Shown here: positions 1 through 11,500 of the stretch, piece after piece
Numbering within the stretch: the first letter of the stretch is position 1
Layout: each line of letters begins with the position of its first letter
Assembly (NCBI RefSeq): GCF_963921235.1
Contig: NC_086108.1
Coordinates: 70,992,001 to 71,056,000 of the forward strand
DNA length: 64,000 nt
Origin: Mobula hypostoma
Taxonomy: Eukaryota
Direction: 5' to 3'
Notes under the pieces: generated by a model
What the model saw: the letters and a program-made list of their open reading frames with translations, nothing else
Databases searched by the model: none
What the model was told of the DNA's origin: nothing
Made by a program: the position numbers and the translations under genes

Positions 1-860
1 TTGCCCAGTGGAAGGCAATAGCAAACCACCATTGCTAGGTACTAGGTTTCCTAGAATCTATTTGCTAAGAAAACCATGGACAAACTCACAAAATGTATCA
101 CACAACAACAGCGTCAAGAGGATCTTCAAGACAGTTCTGAAGATGCATCGTTTGGTAGGGCTGATTCTGGTCAGCAGGGGATCCCCGACTGTCATCAAGC
201 TATTGCTCATAAAATTCAAGTAACACAAAAGAAAATTACTGCCACTTGGAATGTAAGAACTCTATATCAAGCAGGAAGATTGGACAATGTGATAAATGAA
301 ATGGAAAGACTAAGGATTAACATCATGGGAATTTGCGAAGTTTGTTGGATAGGTGCCGGAACATTTCAGAATAGAAATAAAACACTAATTTATTCTTGTG
401 GAACATCCCATACTAATGGAGTAGGAATTCTTATGGATGAAAACATGGCAAAAAGTGATTTAGGACTTTGGGCAATATCAGAACGAGTGCTCCTTGTCAG
501 ATTCAGAGGACAACCATTTGATTTAGCAATTATACAGGTATCTGCACCAACAACAGATGGAACAAATGAGGATATAGATAAATTCTATGAAGAGCTTGAA
601 CAAGCAAAGAATCTCAAGATATTGTTATCGTCATGGAGATCTAAATGCTAAAATAGGACAATGCTGATGGAAATACCATAGAAAATTTGGACTAGGGAAA
701 GAAATGAAAGAGGTGAGAAATGGGTAGAACGGTGCAAGATGAATAATCAGGTCATTATGAATACCTATTTTAAAAACCATCCAAGATGCTTGTGGACCTG
801 GAAGAGTCCAGGTAATAACACTAGAAATCAAATTGACTTTATTACTAATAATAAATTATT
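1..860 (+). mobile_element. RTE-clade LINE fragment (5' region and APE endonuclease, decayed)
   Basis: ORF 76-651 has the RTE-type APE motifs TWNVRTL, GICEVCW, NGVGIL, ISERVL and IIQVSAPT...FYEEL. Frameshifted continuation to TW(K)SPG...NQIDF near 840. Confidence 0.8.
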
Positions 861-889
861 CACCCAGAAAACTAGAGAGCAAACATCAT

Positions 890-1535
890 CCAAAATATTG
901 GACCAGTAGACCACATCTTCTAGTTTGTGTGCAGTTTTGGATGCCATACTATGGGAAGGATGTGAATGCACCAGTGAGAGTGCAGAGGAGATTCACCAAA
1001 TTGTCATCTGGATTAGTCCTAATGTGGGTAACTGGTTTTAAATGTCAACTGTTTATTCATTTTCACAGATGCTGCCTGACCTGTTGATTTCCTCCAGCAT
1101 TTTATGTGTGTTGCTCTGGATTAAAGGAGTTTTGTTATGGGAAGAGATTGGATTGGGAGGGGGTGTTATTTTCTCTGGAACAAAGGAGATCAAGGAGAAA
1201 TCGAATGGAAGTATATACCATGGAGAGGCATGCTTTATCTCCATAGTAGGAGTATCAAAATATATTTATTAATTTAAAATGAGAGGTGGAGGTTTAAAGG
1301 GATTCTGAGGAGTTTTTTTTTACACAGATGTTGACATTTGGAACATACTGCCGGAGGAGGTGGTAGCATCTGTGCAATTACTACATTTAATAGGCATTTA
1401 GACATATTCTTAACCTGGCCAGGATGGGAAAGGTATATTCCTAATGCGGCAAGTGGGGTTAGTGTAGATGGGTAAAAAGGATGGCCTGGGTTTGGTGGGC
1501 TGAAGGCACATTTCTGTGCTGTATGGCTCTATGAG
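890..1535 (+). mobile_element. Old CR1 LINE 3' fragment, interrupted by a Penelope terminal-repeat piece (about 1035-1120)
   Basis: RPHL..CVQFW.PYY.KDV...RVQRRFT motif at about 905-1000 and a CR1-like 3' UTR. The inserted piece reads GATGCTGCCTGACCTGTTGATTTCCTCCAGC. Confidence 0.65.
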
Positions 1536-2075
1536 CATAGAGGGAGGCCATGCAGAACAAAGGGAGGAGACAAAGCTGGTTGTGAGTTCTATCTAATGAT
1601 GACAGTGAAACCTGTGTGGGAGAGTTTTTAAAGTGGAAAAGCTGTTGCAGTGGGACAGCGCACTCTTGACCTCAGAAGTCTGGGTCCAGCAGATGTCACA
1701 ACTGGGGTCTTCCTTGGATGTAGTGGCTTCTTCTGTGCTTTGCCAAGCTCTTCACTCTCCACAAAGTGCTGCAGAACTATCTTCCTGGCCATTAGCTTTC
1801 ACCGTTTATCTCATCCGCCTATCAACCGGAACTAACCACATGTTGGGACTGGCATGTCCCTATCTTACTGGAGTTTAGCGTGCCTTTTGAAGCGGTGTAC
1901 TGGGATAGGGCCACTGTCATACGCAAAAAGCTACTTGGAGCCACAGTGGAGAGCTGAGTGGGGCCCAAAGGTGAGTGAACTGCCCCAGGACAGACACAAC
2001 AAGCTCCTTCACCAGAGGTTCAATCCCTCCTTGGAGAGGCCAGGAGACGACATCAAACAACATATGAGGCTAACA

Positions 2076-2270
2076 GACCACATTATCCAGAATACTGGGA
2101 CTCCAGCTGATTCCCTCATCTGGGATGCGAGCTGACTACAGCACTCCATCTAGCATACTGGGAGGCCAATAGACAACGTCATTGAGCACGCCAGGAGGCA
2201 AATTTTGAACTACATTACCCAAAATGCTGGGAGGCCCAGTGAAGGATTACGTCACTTAGGTGGCCAATCG
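2076..2270 (+). promoter_or_regulatory. Putative IPO13 promoter: ZNF143/THAP11-type ACTACA-N-CCCA motifs, CCAAT boxes and a CRE/ATF-like site
   Basis: AACTACATTACCCAAAATGC at 2208 with two degenerate copies at about 2076 and 2134. CCAAT at 2166 and 2264, TTACGTCA at 2247. Lies about 600-800 nt upstream of the ATG and just before a CpG-rich stretch. Confidence 0.65.
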
Positions 2271-2429
2271 CTTTCTGTGGCAACGCCCAAAAAGTAACAC
2301 TGAAATCTGATATCGTTGCACTGTTTCATAAGGTCGACTGATAGCTGTGTTATGAGAAGTGATAAAAACTTGTTACAGAATATAGTAAACAAGCTTCATT
2401 CATTGATTTGTTTAAAAGGTCATTTAAAG

Positions 2430-2760
2430 CCGGCGGTTTCACGGCCTCCTGGAAGTGGCAAGGACTCGCGGACCTGTCACTGGAGGCCTGCGGTGTCTGC
2501 AAGAAATCTGGAGCGGGAGCGACGCCGTCTGAGCAGCTCCGAGTCTCCCGAGCACCGCCATCATTATCGTTAATGTGTGCGTGAGGTTTTTAAAGGTGAA
2601 AGATGAGTCGCTCTCTTTCAATTTAGCGTAAAGTGGGAACGGGTGATCGAGGTTGTGAGGACGAGGAGGCGGACACAAAGGAGATTGGAGAGGCTGCTTG
2701 AGCTGTTATCCGAGTTGGAGGGAAGCGAGAGCTGGAACAGGGTCATCCTGACTGTCATCA
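2430..2760 (+). promoter_or_regulatory. CpG-rich first exon / 5' UTR region
   Basis: Visibly higher CpG and GC density than the CpG-depleted surroundings, with an ETS-like GGAAGT at about 2451. Directly upstream of the IPO13 start codon. Confidence 0.6.
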
Positions 2761-2880
2761 ACCCCTCCCCTTCTCTAACCCCTCCATCTCCATCTCCATC
2801 TCTACAGGGCTATTTCTAAACTGAAGAAAGAGAGAGAGCGAGCAACAATAGTGATATTTTTCTTTCATAGACCGGTTACA

Positions 2881-2943
2881 ATGGATCGTGAAAGAGGAGA
2901 GAGCGAGGATAATTTGGATTATTCAGTTGCAAATGTAGAAAAG
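2881..2943 (+). CDS. IPO13: Importin-13 coding exon 1 (MDRERGESEDNLDYSVANVEK)
   Basis: ACAATGG start context. LDYSVANVEK matches the vertebrate IPO13 N-terminal LDFTVENVEK. Donor AAG|GTAAGG at 2944, phase 0, joins exon 2 ALHQLYY. Confidence 0.92.
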
Positions 2944-3659
2944 GTAAGGTTACACAACATTTTCATTTATTTATAATGCTGTACCTTTCGTCATCCTATT
3001 TTGATTTCAGTGATCTCGCCGAGACGCAAGAGCAGAGGCATATTTAAACCATTTGCTGCCAAATATACAGTCTTTCAATGGTTGTCATTAAATGAATAAT
3101 ATAAATAATAATCATGTTTGGCATTATTAGTAATGAAAATGGATTGTAAACTTTCGTGAGTATTTTGTAAGTTAACATGCATTTTTCAGTTTATCGGAGA
3201 AATGGTGGGTCATGCCTAACAAACCAAATAAAATTCTTTGGAGAGGTGGTGACAGATATGTTTATAGATATTATTTAGCTAGATTTACAGACTAAAGACT
3301 TAATAAGTGATTGCAAGCAAGAGTTGAAACTTGCAGTTTTGAGTTGTTTTTAAAAATCATTGTGGAAAATTGGTTGAATTGCAGAACACAAGGAATAGTG
3401 CTAAGGGCAGCTCAAAAGTGGGCACCCTTATGAGGCACTGTGTCAGCAGCAGAAATGAGCACCTCCACAATAAGTAACCCCATGGCCTGGCGTATCCTTC
3501 ACTCTACTTTTAGTATATCAAGCTGCGGATCAATTCTAGCTCAGTGATGAGTGCAGGTGGTCATGTTGGTATCAGGATGTGGCATACCAAAATGTGGGTA
3601 TACTGCAGTGTATGACTGATTTTCTGAAACTACAAAACCTTTTTTTTTAATCATCTAAA

Positions 3660-4100
3660 AGGCACAAAGGTGAGATCAGCTCCAAGAAGGTTGACCCTAC
3701 AGTATCCAGGACAAAGCAGTTTGCTTGACTTGGTACTCCAACAATAACCTTAAGCATTAACTCCGTGTGCACAGTGCCTGCAAAGTATATGATCAACAGA
3801 ATGAACTGCCATTACTCCAATAGATTACTGCAATTTCTTCTACCATCAAGAGCAACAGGTGCATGGGAACACCAACACATGTTTAAAGTTTCACACCATC
3901 CTAATTTGGAAATGATGCCATTCCTCCTTTTATTTTACAAGTCCTAACAATAGCACAGTGGGAGCATCTTTGTCAGACAGACTGCAAGGGTTCAAGAAGG
4001 CAACTTGCTACTGGCCTCACAGAGCATTTGTGATGAATGATGACTAGTAGCTTTGCTAGTGACATCTGAGGGTCCAAAAATAGAAATTAAATTTAAAAAA
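3660..4100 (+). mobile_element. Very old LINE (L2-like) 3' remnant
   Basis: GGTTCAAGAAGGCA...GCTTTGCTAGTGACATC followed by an A-rich end resembles a LINE 3' end I recall as common in elasmobranchs. Highly decayed. Confidence 0.35.
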
Positions 4101-7100
4101 AGCTGCATTACTTTTGTAAGGTTTTGTGTAAAAGATGCCACTGTTTGCTGATTTGAGATACAAAATCAATCATTCAAATTTGTCACATGCAAAACTGGTA
4201 TTGAAGCATCATTAAAGGAGCCATTAGATAATATCTTTAAGTCTAATGGTTTCTTTAATCCTGTTCATATATCCACTTGTGCTACTTTAATAAGTGCATG
4301 GACAAAGTTGTGGTAAGAATGAAGTCATCCATTTTGGATGTAAACAGGATATACTGGTGTACTTTCTAAAAGGTGGAGGGATAGAAGCAGTATCACAGAG
4401 GATTTGCAATCCATGCATACAGAGGAACAAAATGCCATTGAGAAATGATAAAAATCATCTGTTAATAAAACAAAGCCCTTTTATATTTGGAAGACTGAAA
4501 TAGAAGGGGTAAAAATTATGATACAGGTTTATAAAACCTTTAAATTCTGAAACCAGTTTGTGCATCATAGCTTAGAAAATATATTATTTTCAGAAAGCAT
4601 TTAGTATTTGGCCTTTGAAGGATTGGTATATGGGAGATTGCACAATTGGAGTTGTATTTCAGGAATGATAAATATTCATATATTAAGGAAAACATAATAA
4701 TTGCATTGCTTGTTGATGGGTGGCATAGAGTCTGAAAAGTGAGAACTTCCATTTTGAAATGTTCATCTGGTGCTAAATCAATTGCTGACTTTAAGGTTGT
4801 AATTTATATATTGCTGTTGTTAAGAATTTTGAAAGTGGTTAGCCAGGTATTGAATCTCAGAAAATGAATGAGAAATGTATTGAGATGGTTAACTTGCATT
4901 TTGATGCTACTATTAATGGCATTGCAATCTCACTTCAGTTTATTATTGGAACAACTATTGCAACTCATTTAGGTAAAACAGAAGTTCTAAAAAATTTTGT
5001 TCCACTTTGTTACAAAGATAAAGCTTTATATATTGTTAGTATTTTTTCTAATGCTTTTGAGTTTCAGACTGGGGCTAAAAACACTTAGCCTGGCTTACCT
5101 GAGGAGAAGATGCATATTTGTCCCTTTCTTAGAAAAACAACGTTTTTTTTGTAAGAGGACAATGCAGAGTAATTGTTGATTTGTATGTCTGTGTATAAAT
5201 CAAAGCATATTAAATATATTGAACAGTGGGCTGTTCTTCAAGATGTGGATTGGTTTGTTAATTTCACTAGCACTTTCTGTGAATTGATCCACTTCCAGTT
5301 TATAAGTTAGAATAAAATCACTTGAATTTTATGATCGCTGAAAATGTTCTCCAAAATCAAAGGAATTTTAGTAGCTTAGATGGCATGGTCTTAGAGCCAC
5401 TCAGAAAATTGTAAAAGCAGAAAATGGGGTAAATGTGATCCTGGCCAGGGATGTGAAGCAATGGGAAATTTAGTTCTGGTTTGTTTTTAAAATTGGGTAA
5501 GTATACTGAGGCCATAATGAATTTTAAATCCCTCTCGAGTGTCTACAACTTCCCTTTGATCATCATTCTTTACTTCTGTCTGGTGCTCTGACTGTTGAAC
5601 TGAGTAGGCTTGTCTTAGAATTGCACCTGAATCCAAAGTCTGAATAGACTGAATTGTAGCAATAAAAGTTGTAAATACTCAGTGGGTAAGGCGGCATTTG
5701 CAGAAAGAAGCAGATTTCTTGTTTTTGGTCAAAGTAATTATTGGTCAGATAAAACTCTGTTTAAGGAGAGTCTTCAGAATAGACCTGTGGAAGTGTTTAG
5801 TAAGGGAGCTCCAGAGTGTAAGTAGCTGAAGGCATTTAGGAGGGAATGAGGCTAGTGTTACAAGAGCAATTTTTTGTGGTGTGTATATATTGAGTAGATG
5901 TGCATGTTAACAGGCTATTGGGTTCTTTGGAAGTCTATTGGGAATGCAGCCAATTTGATTATACATTTATGACTTGGTTTTGGATAAAAAGTGAATCTTT
6001 CAGATTTGTGAAACGCATTTGGGAATTGGCATTTCATGAGGATTTACAATCTAGATTAAATGACATACAACTAAAAAAGATTTTCATGTTCAAGTTCATG
6101 TTTTATTTAGATAAGGTAAATATAAGGAAGCTTTTCCCAGTAGCAGTTATTTCAAGGATTGGAAGGTTGGGTATGTGGAGAAAGAGTAGTTGTGATCTGG
6201 AATACACTGACCGTGGAACTGATGGAGGCAGAATCCTTCCGTTCAGTAATAACTATATGATTCTATGACTTTTGGATCCTGGTTCATTTAGTCTGATACT
6301 GAGCCCATTGTGATTGTGTTGAATAGCAAAGCTAATTCAGTCCTGCTTCCTGGACTAAACTATTGGAACTACAATCTGCATATTCTTCAATACCAAACCA
6401 TCCAGTTTCCATTTCTTAGCTAACTGGTAATATAAATGGTTCCTGCTCCTTGAGCACTTTGTCCCTTTTCAAAACTCAGTATAGTTCTCTCAAGGCTAAT
6501 TTTTCTGTAAACTAGACTGCTTTACAGAGCACCTATATTCTGTACAGAATGGCCATCTTAAGCTCCCAGTTGAATGCTATTTCAACTCCCCATGTCCACG
6601 TTGATTTACCTATCCTCAGCCTCCTCCCCTGTTAGGGTGAGGTCAAATTCAGGCTAGAAGAATAACACTTTATATTCCAACTGTGTAGCAATGGTGTGGA
6701 TGTTGAATTTTCCAATTACTGTACAGGTAGCCCACAGTCTCTGTGTTGCTTTCTTCCTCTCTTCTCGTATGCCAGATGGCACCAGGGACCAACGGCAAAG
6801 TTTTGCAGAGAGCTCACAAAATTACTAGATATACTTCTTCTGAACTGCGATTGCTGTAGTTTGCGGCCTGTAATTTCCCTTTTAAGGATGTACTTTTGAG
6901 CCAACCAAATGATCTGACGCTTCTGCGATCTCCTGGGGGATACAGTGAATTAGATTCTGCAGAGTGCCACAACTCCCATTGTTGGGGGTGGGTGCTGCTT
7001 CATGGCCTGACAGTGGAAGGTGAACCTTGGTCAGCTCCATTATTCCATGCAAATTAAAGCCTTGAGCAAGATTAAAATCATCAAGGACAAGAACAGAAAA

Positions 7101-7408
7101 GGAACAGGTGTTTAGCGCCATCTGCCAGCGTTCGACCTGTCTTGCTCTCTTCTTGCTGCTACTATTGGATGGGAGGTGCTTCTGGCTCCTCCACCAACAA
7201 ACTCCATCTGCCTATCATCCTTCCTCATCTAGGTCCCCTTTCCTTACTCCAGCTACTGTCTCTGTACTTGACCTCCATCCTTTCCATCTATTCCCCCTTT
7301 TCTCTTTTGTTCTTGTCTGTTTCTAGCTACAGACACCAGTTATTATCTCCCAACTGTACCCCCGCTCCACATTCCCTCAGCTGGCTCTACCTGCTCTAAA
7401 CGTAACTT

Positions 7409-7858
7409 TGCTGGATCAAATAACGACAGCACAAAAAGATCGTTACTTATCTTTTCACCCATTTATTTCTTTGAGCTCAGCCGGCGAGTGAACTTGGACC
7501 TGACATTAGGGAGAGACCCTTTCTCATCTCCCCGGCGGTTCTGCAAGTTCACTGCCCGATGTCAGAATTGTCAGAAGTTATAAGGCCACCGATACAAAAG
7601 AACAATCAGTTTGATAAGCATTCCGGTCAAGTCAATGGATTATTGATACAGAGAACAATCAGTTTGATAACTATTCCGGCCAAGTCAATGGACTATTGAG
7701 ACAAAAGTACAATCAATTTGCTAGACACTCCAGCCACCTTCGTTAAAGAAAAGAATGTCCTACCTGGTTTGCTGGAGCCACAACTTAATTACAAAGATAA
7801 GAAGATCCGTCAAATTTATGCTTTAAATAAAAAGGAATGTTCTGTCTAATTTCCATCA
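7409..7858 (-). mobile_element. Solo-LTR-like element (about 450 bp), antisense to IPO13
   Basis: TG...CA termini with a 6/7 inverted match (TGCTGGA / TCCATCA). On the minus strand: tandem U3-like repeats, then a TATA-like TTATAA (about 7578-7583), then AATAAA (about 7462-7467). No clear TSD. Confidence 0.6.
7591..7735. repeat. Tandem repeat, about 53-54 bp unit, about 2.7 copies
   Basis: Units start at 7591, 7645 and 7698 (GATACAAAAGAACAATCAGTTTGATAAGCATTCCGGTCAAGTCAATGGATTATT and variants). Confidence 0.9.
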
Positions 7859-7929
7859 GGTACTGCTTTTTGTCAAAATCAAAAGGTGTGAAAAGCCCAG
7901 AGACATCTTATTTGGATCTGGGCGAACTT

Positions 7930-8395
7930 TAATCCTTATCTTGCTCCAAATAAAGCAGCTGTGAGACATTATTGAAACACACTGCAGTCACAGACATAGT
8001 CAGTACTGAATCCATTGTTTACAGGAATCTTGAGAATCCCCCATTCCCTTAAACTTTATCACTGCCATCATCCCCCTCCTCAGTTGGTTCCACCTTTTGC
8101 CTGCCAGTCCCTGCCTTATCCCTTCTGTAGCGGTTAAACTATTATAAAATCAAAACAAAACAATTGCTGCTGGCCTGCGACCACTGCACAGAGCTGCACA
8201 TGACATGCATGTGACTGATGCTAGTTAGAAAATATATTCGGCAACAGCATCCTGCCCCAATTAAGCAACATTGTGCCCCAAATAAGCAAAAGGAATCCTG
8301 GCTATTTCCTTGGTTTGTTTTTGTTGTTGAAGAGTTGTCCCAAATAAGCAGCTGCCCTGATTAATCAATGGCCCAGTTAACCAGAATCCACTGTA
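7930..8395. mobile_element. Possible pogo/Tc1-type MITE remnant (one terminus visible)
   Basis: Ends in CCCAGTTAACCAGAATCCACTG followed by TA, with repeated subterminal CCCAAATAAGCA motifs. The other end was not found. Confidence 0.35.
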
Positions 8396-8564
8396 ATACA
8401 TGTTTAACTTGCAGAGAAGCATCTCAGGTGTAGAGTACAAACATCTTTTGATAAAGTGGTTACCAGGAAAGACAGGAGTTATAGACGTTGATCAGAAAGG
8501 GATGGTGAAGGCTTTGAGGCAGCTGATATGTTTGTTTAAAAGATCAAAATGAGAGGTGTGGGGT

Positions 8565-11500
8565 TAGAACATAGAACAGTACAGCATAGGAACAGGCCAT
8601 TCAGCCCACAATGTTGTGCTGTACCAGCTGAAAAGAAAATCAAACACCCAAACACTAATCCCTCCTACCTACACAATGTCCATAATCCTTTCATCCTCCT
8701 TGCATCTATGTGCCTATCCAAACTTCTCTTAGAAACCTCTAATGCATTTGCCTGTACCACCATAGCAGGTAGTGTGTTCCAGGCACCCACGACTCTGAGT
8801 AAAAAAAAAAACCTTGCCCTTTTCATCCTCCTTGAACCTATCCCCTCTCACCTTCAATGCATGCCATCTGGTAATAGATATTTCAACCCTGTTTACTCTA
8901 TCTATGCCTCTCATAATCTTATCACGAGATCACAAGACAAAGGAGCAGAAGCAGGCCATTCGGCCTGAGTCTGCTCCGCAGCTCCCCCATGAGCTAAACT
9001 ATTCACCCATCTAGTTCCAATTTCCGGCTTTTTCCCCATATCCCTTGATACCCTGACTAATTAGATACCTGTCAATCTCCTCCTTAAACACCCTCAATGA
9101 TCGGGCCTCCACAGCTGTATGTGGCAACGAATTCCACAAATCCACGACCCTCTGGCTAAAAAAATTTCTCCTCATCTCTGTTTTAACTGGGTACCCTCTA
9201 ATTCTAAGACTGTGGCCTCTTGTCCTGGACTCACCCACCAAGGGAAACGACCTTTCCACATCTACTCTGTCCAACCCTTTCAACATTCGAAATGTTTCTA
9301 TGAGATCCCCTCTCATTCTTCTATACTCTAATGAATACAATCCAAGAACTGACAAACGTTCCTCATATGTTAGCCCCTGCATTCCAGGAATCATCCTCAT
9401 AAATCTTCTCTGAACTCTCTCCAACATCAGTACATCCTTTCTAAGATAGGGGGCCCAAAACTGCACGCTGTATTCCAAATGAGGTCTCACTAATGCCCCA
9501 TAGAGCCTCATCAACACCTCCTTACTCTTATACACTATTCCTCTTGAAATGAATGCCAACATAGCATTCGCTTTCCTTACCGCCGATCCAACTTGGTGGT
9601 TAACCTTTAGGGTATCCTGCACAAGGACCCCCAAGTCCCTTTGCACTTCCGATTTTTGAATTTTCTCCCTATCTAAATAATAATCTGCCTGATTATTTCT
9701 TCTTCTGAAATGTACAACCGTACATTTGTCAACGTTGTATCTCATCTGCCATTTCTTTGCCCACTCTCCTAAACTGACTAAGTCTCTCTGCAACTTTTCC
9801 GTTTCAGCAACATTTCCTGCTCCTCCACCTATCTTGGTGTCATCCGCAAACTTAGCCACAAAACCATTTAATCCATAATCCAAATCATCGATATACATCG
9901 TAAAAAGAAGCGGCCCCAACACCGACCCCTGCGGAACACCACTAGTAACCGGCAACCAATCAGAATAGGATCCCTTTATTCCCACCCTTTGCTTTCTGCC
10001 TATCAGCAAATGCTCCACCCATTCCAATATCTTTCCTATAATTCCATGGGCTCTCATCTTATTAAACAGCCTCATATACGGCACCTTATCGAAGGCCTTT
10101 TGAAAATCCAAATACACAACATCCACAGCCTCTCCCTTGTCAATCTTATTCGAGGTTACCTCAAAAAATTCCAATAGGTTGGTGAGGCAGGATCTTCCCT
10201 TCATGAAACCATGCTAGCTTCGGCCTATCTTGTCATGCACCTCGAGGTATTTCATAACCTCGTCCTTGAGGATTGATTCCAAAACCTTTCCAACTACCAA
10301 TGTCAGACTAATAGGTCTGTAATTTTCTTTTTGCTGCCTCCTTCCTTTCTTAAATAACGGAACTACATTTGCGACCTTCCACTCCTCCAGAACCATGCCA
10401 GAATCTATTGATTCCTGGAAGATCATTTCCAATGCTTCCACAATCTCCAAAGCCACCTCCTTCGGAACCCTTGGGCGCACCTCATCCGGACCGGGAGACT
10501 TATCTATTCTTAGTCCACTTAGCTTCCCAAGCACTTTCTCTCTAGTAATCTTGACTGTACCTAATTCTATTCCCTGATACCTCTGGCTATCAGGTATATT
10601 GCTCATGTCTTCCACTGTGAAGACTGAGGCAAAATACTCATTCAGTTCCTCTGCCATCTCTTTGTTATCCATTATAATTTCTCCAGCATCATTTTCAATC
10701 GGTCCCGTATCTACCCTTGTCACTCTTTTACTCTTCATATATTTTAAAAAAACTCTTAGTGTCCTTTTTTATGTTAATCACCAACTTCCTTTCATAATTC
10801 ATCTTTTCTTTCCTAATGACTTTCTTAGTTTCCTTCTGTAAGTTTTTAAAAGTCTTCATTTTTCCCACTAATTTTTGCTTCCTTGTACGCCATTTCTTTT
10901 GCTTTTATTTTTGCCTTAACCTCTCTCGTTAGCCACATTTGTGCCATTTTTCCATTCATGATTTTCTTTTTTCTTGGAATATATTTTTCCTGCTTTTTCC
11001 TTATTTCTTGTAGGAATTTCATCCAATTCTGCTCTGCCGTCCCTTCATTTAGCTTACTTTTCCAATCGACTTGGGCCAGTTCCTCTCTCATACCACTGTA
11101 ATTTCCCCTGTTCCACTGAAATATTGATACACCTGATACCAGCTTCTCCTTTTCAAATTTGAAACAACTCAATCATATTATGATCACTACTTCCAAGGGG
11201 TTCCTTTACCTCCAGCTCCCTAATCGCCTCAGGTTCGTTACACAGCACTCAATCCAAAACAGCCGGTCCCCTGGTGGGCTTCTGGACAAGCTGCTCGAAA
11301 AAGCCATCCTGTAGGCATTCTACAAACTCCCTCTCCTGAGATTCATTACCTTCCTGACTTTCCCAATCCACTTTCATATTAAAATCCCCCATAATTATCT
11401 TGACATTTTCCTCCTGACACGCTTTTTCTATTTCCAGCTGCAACTTGTAGTCCACATCCCGGCTGCTGTTTGGAGGCCTGTATATAACCGCTATTAGTGT

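Noticed and set aside
1600..2060. GC-balanced block upstream of the promoter with short ORFs
   Set aside because: Probably a repeat-derived UTR fragment, but I cannot assign a family or boundaries from the sequence alone.
2316..2678. ORFs 2316-2573 (+) and 2439-2678 (-) as small or divergent genes
   Set aside because: Short ORFs are expected in GC-rich promoter/UTR sequence and neither resembles a known protein. A uORF role cannot be excluded.
7591..7735. CRISPR-like array of about 54 bp repeats
   Set aside because: The units are contiguous tandem copies with no unique spacers, lie inside an LTR-like element in a vertebrate intron, and have no cas genes nearby.
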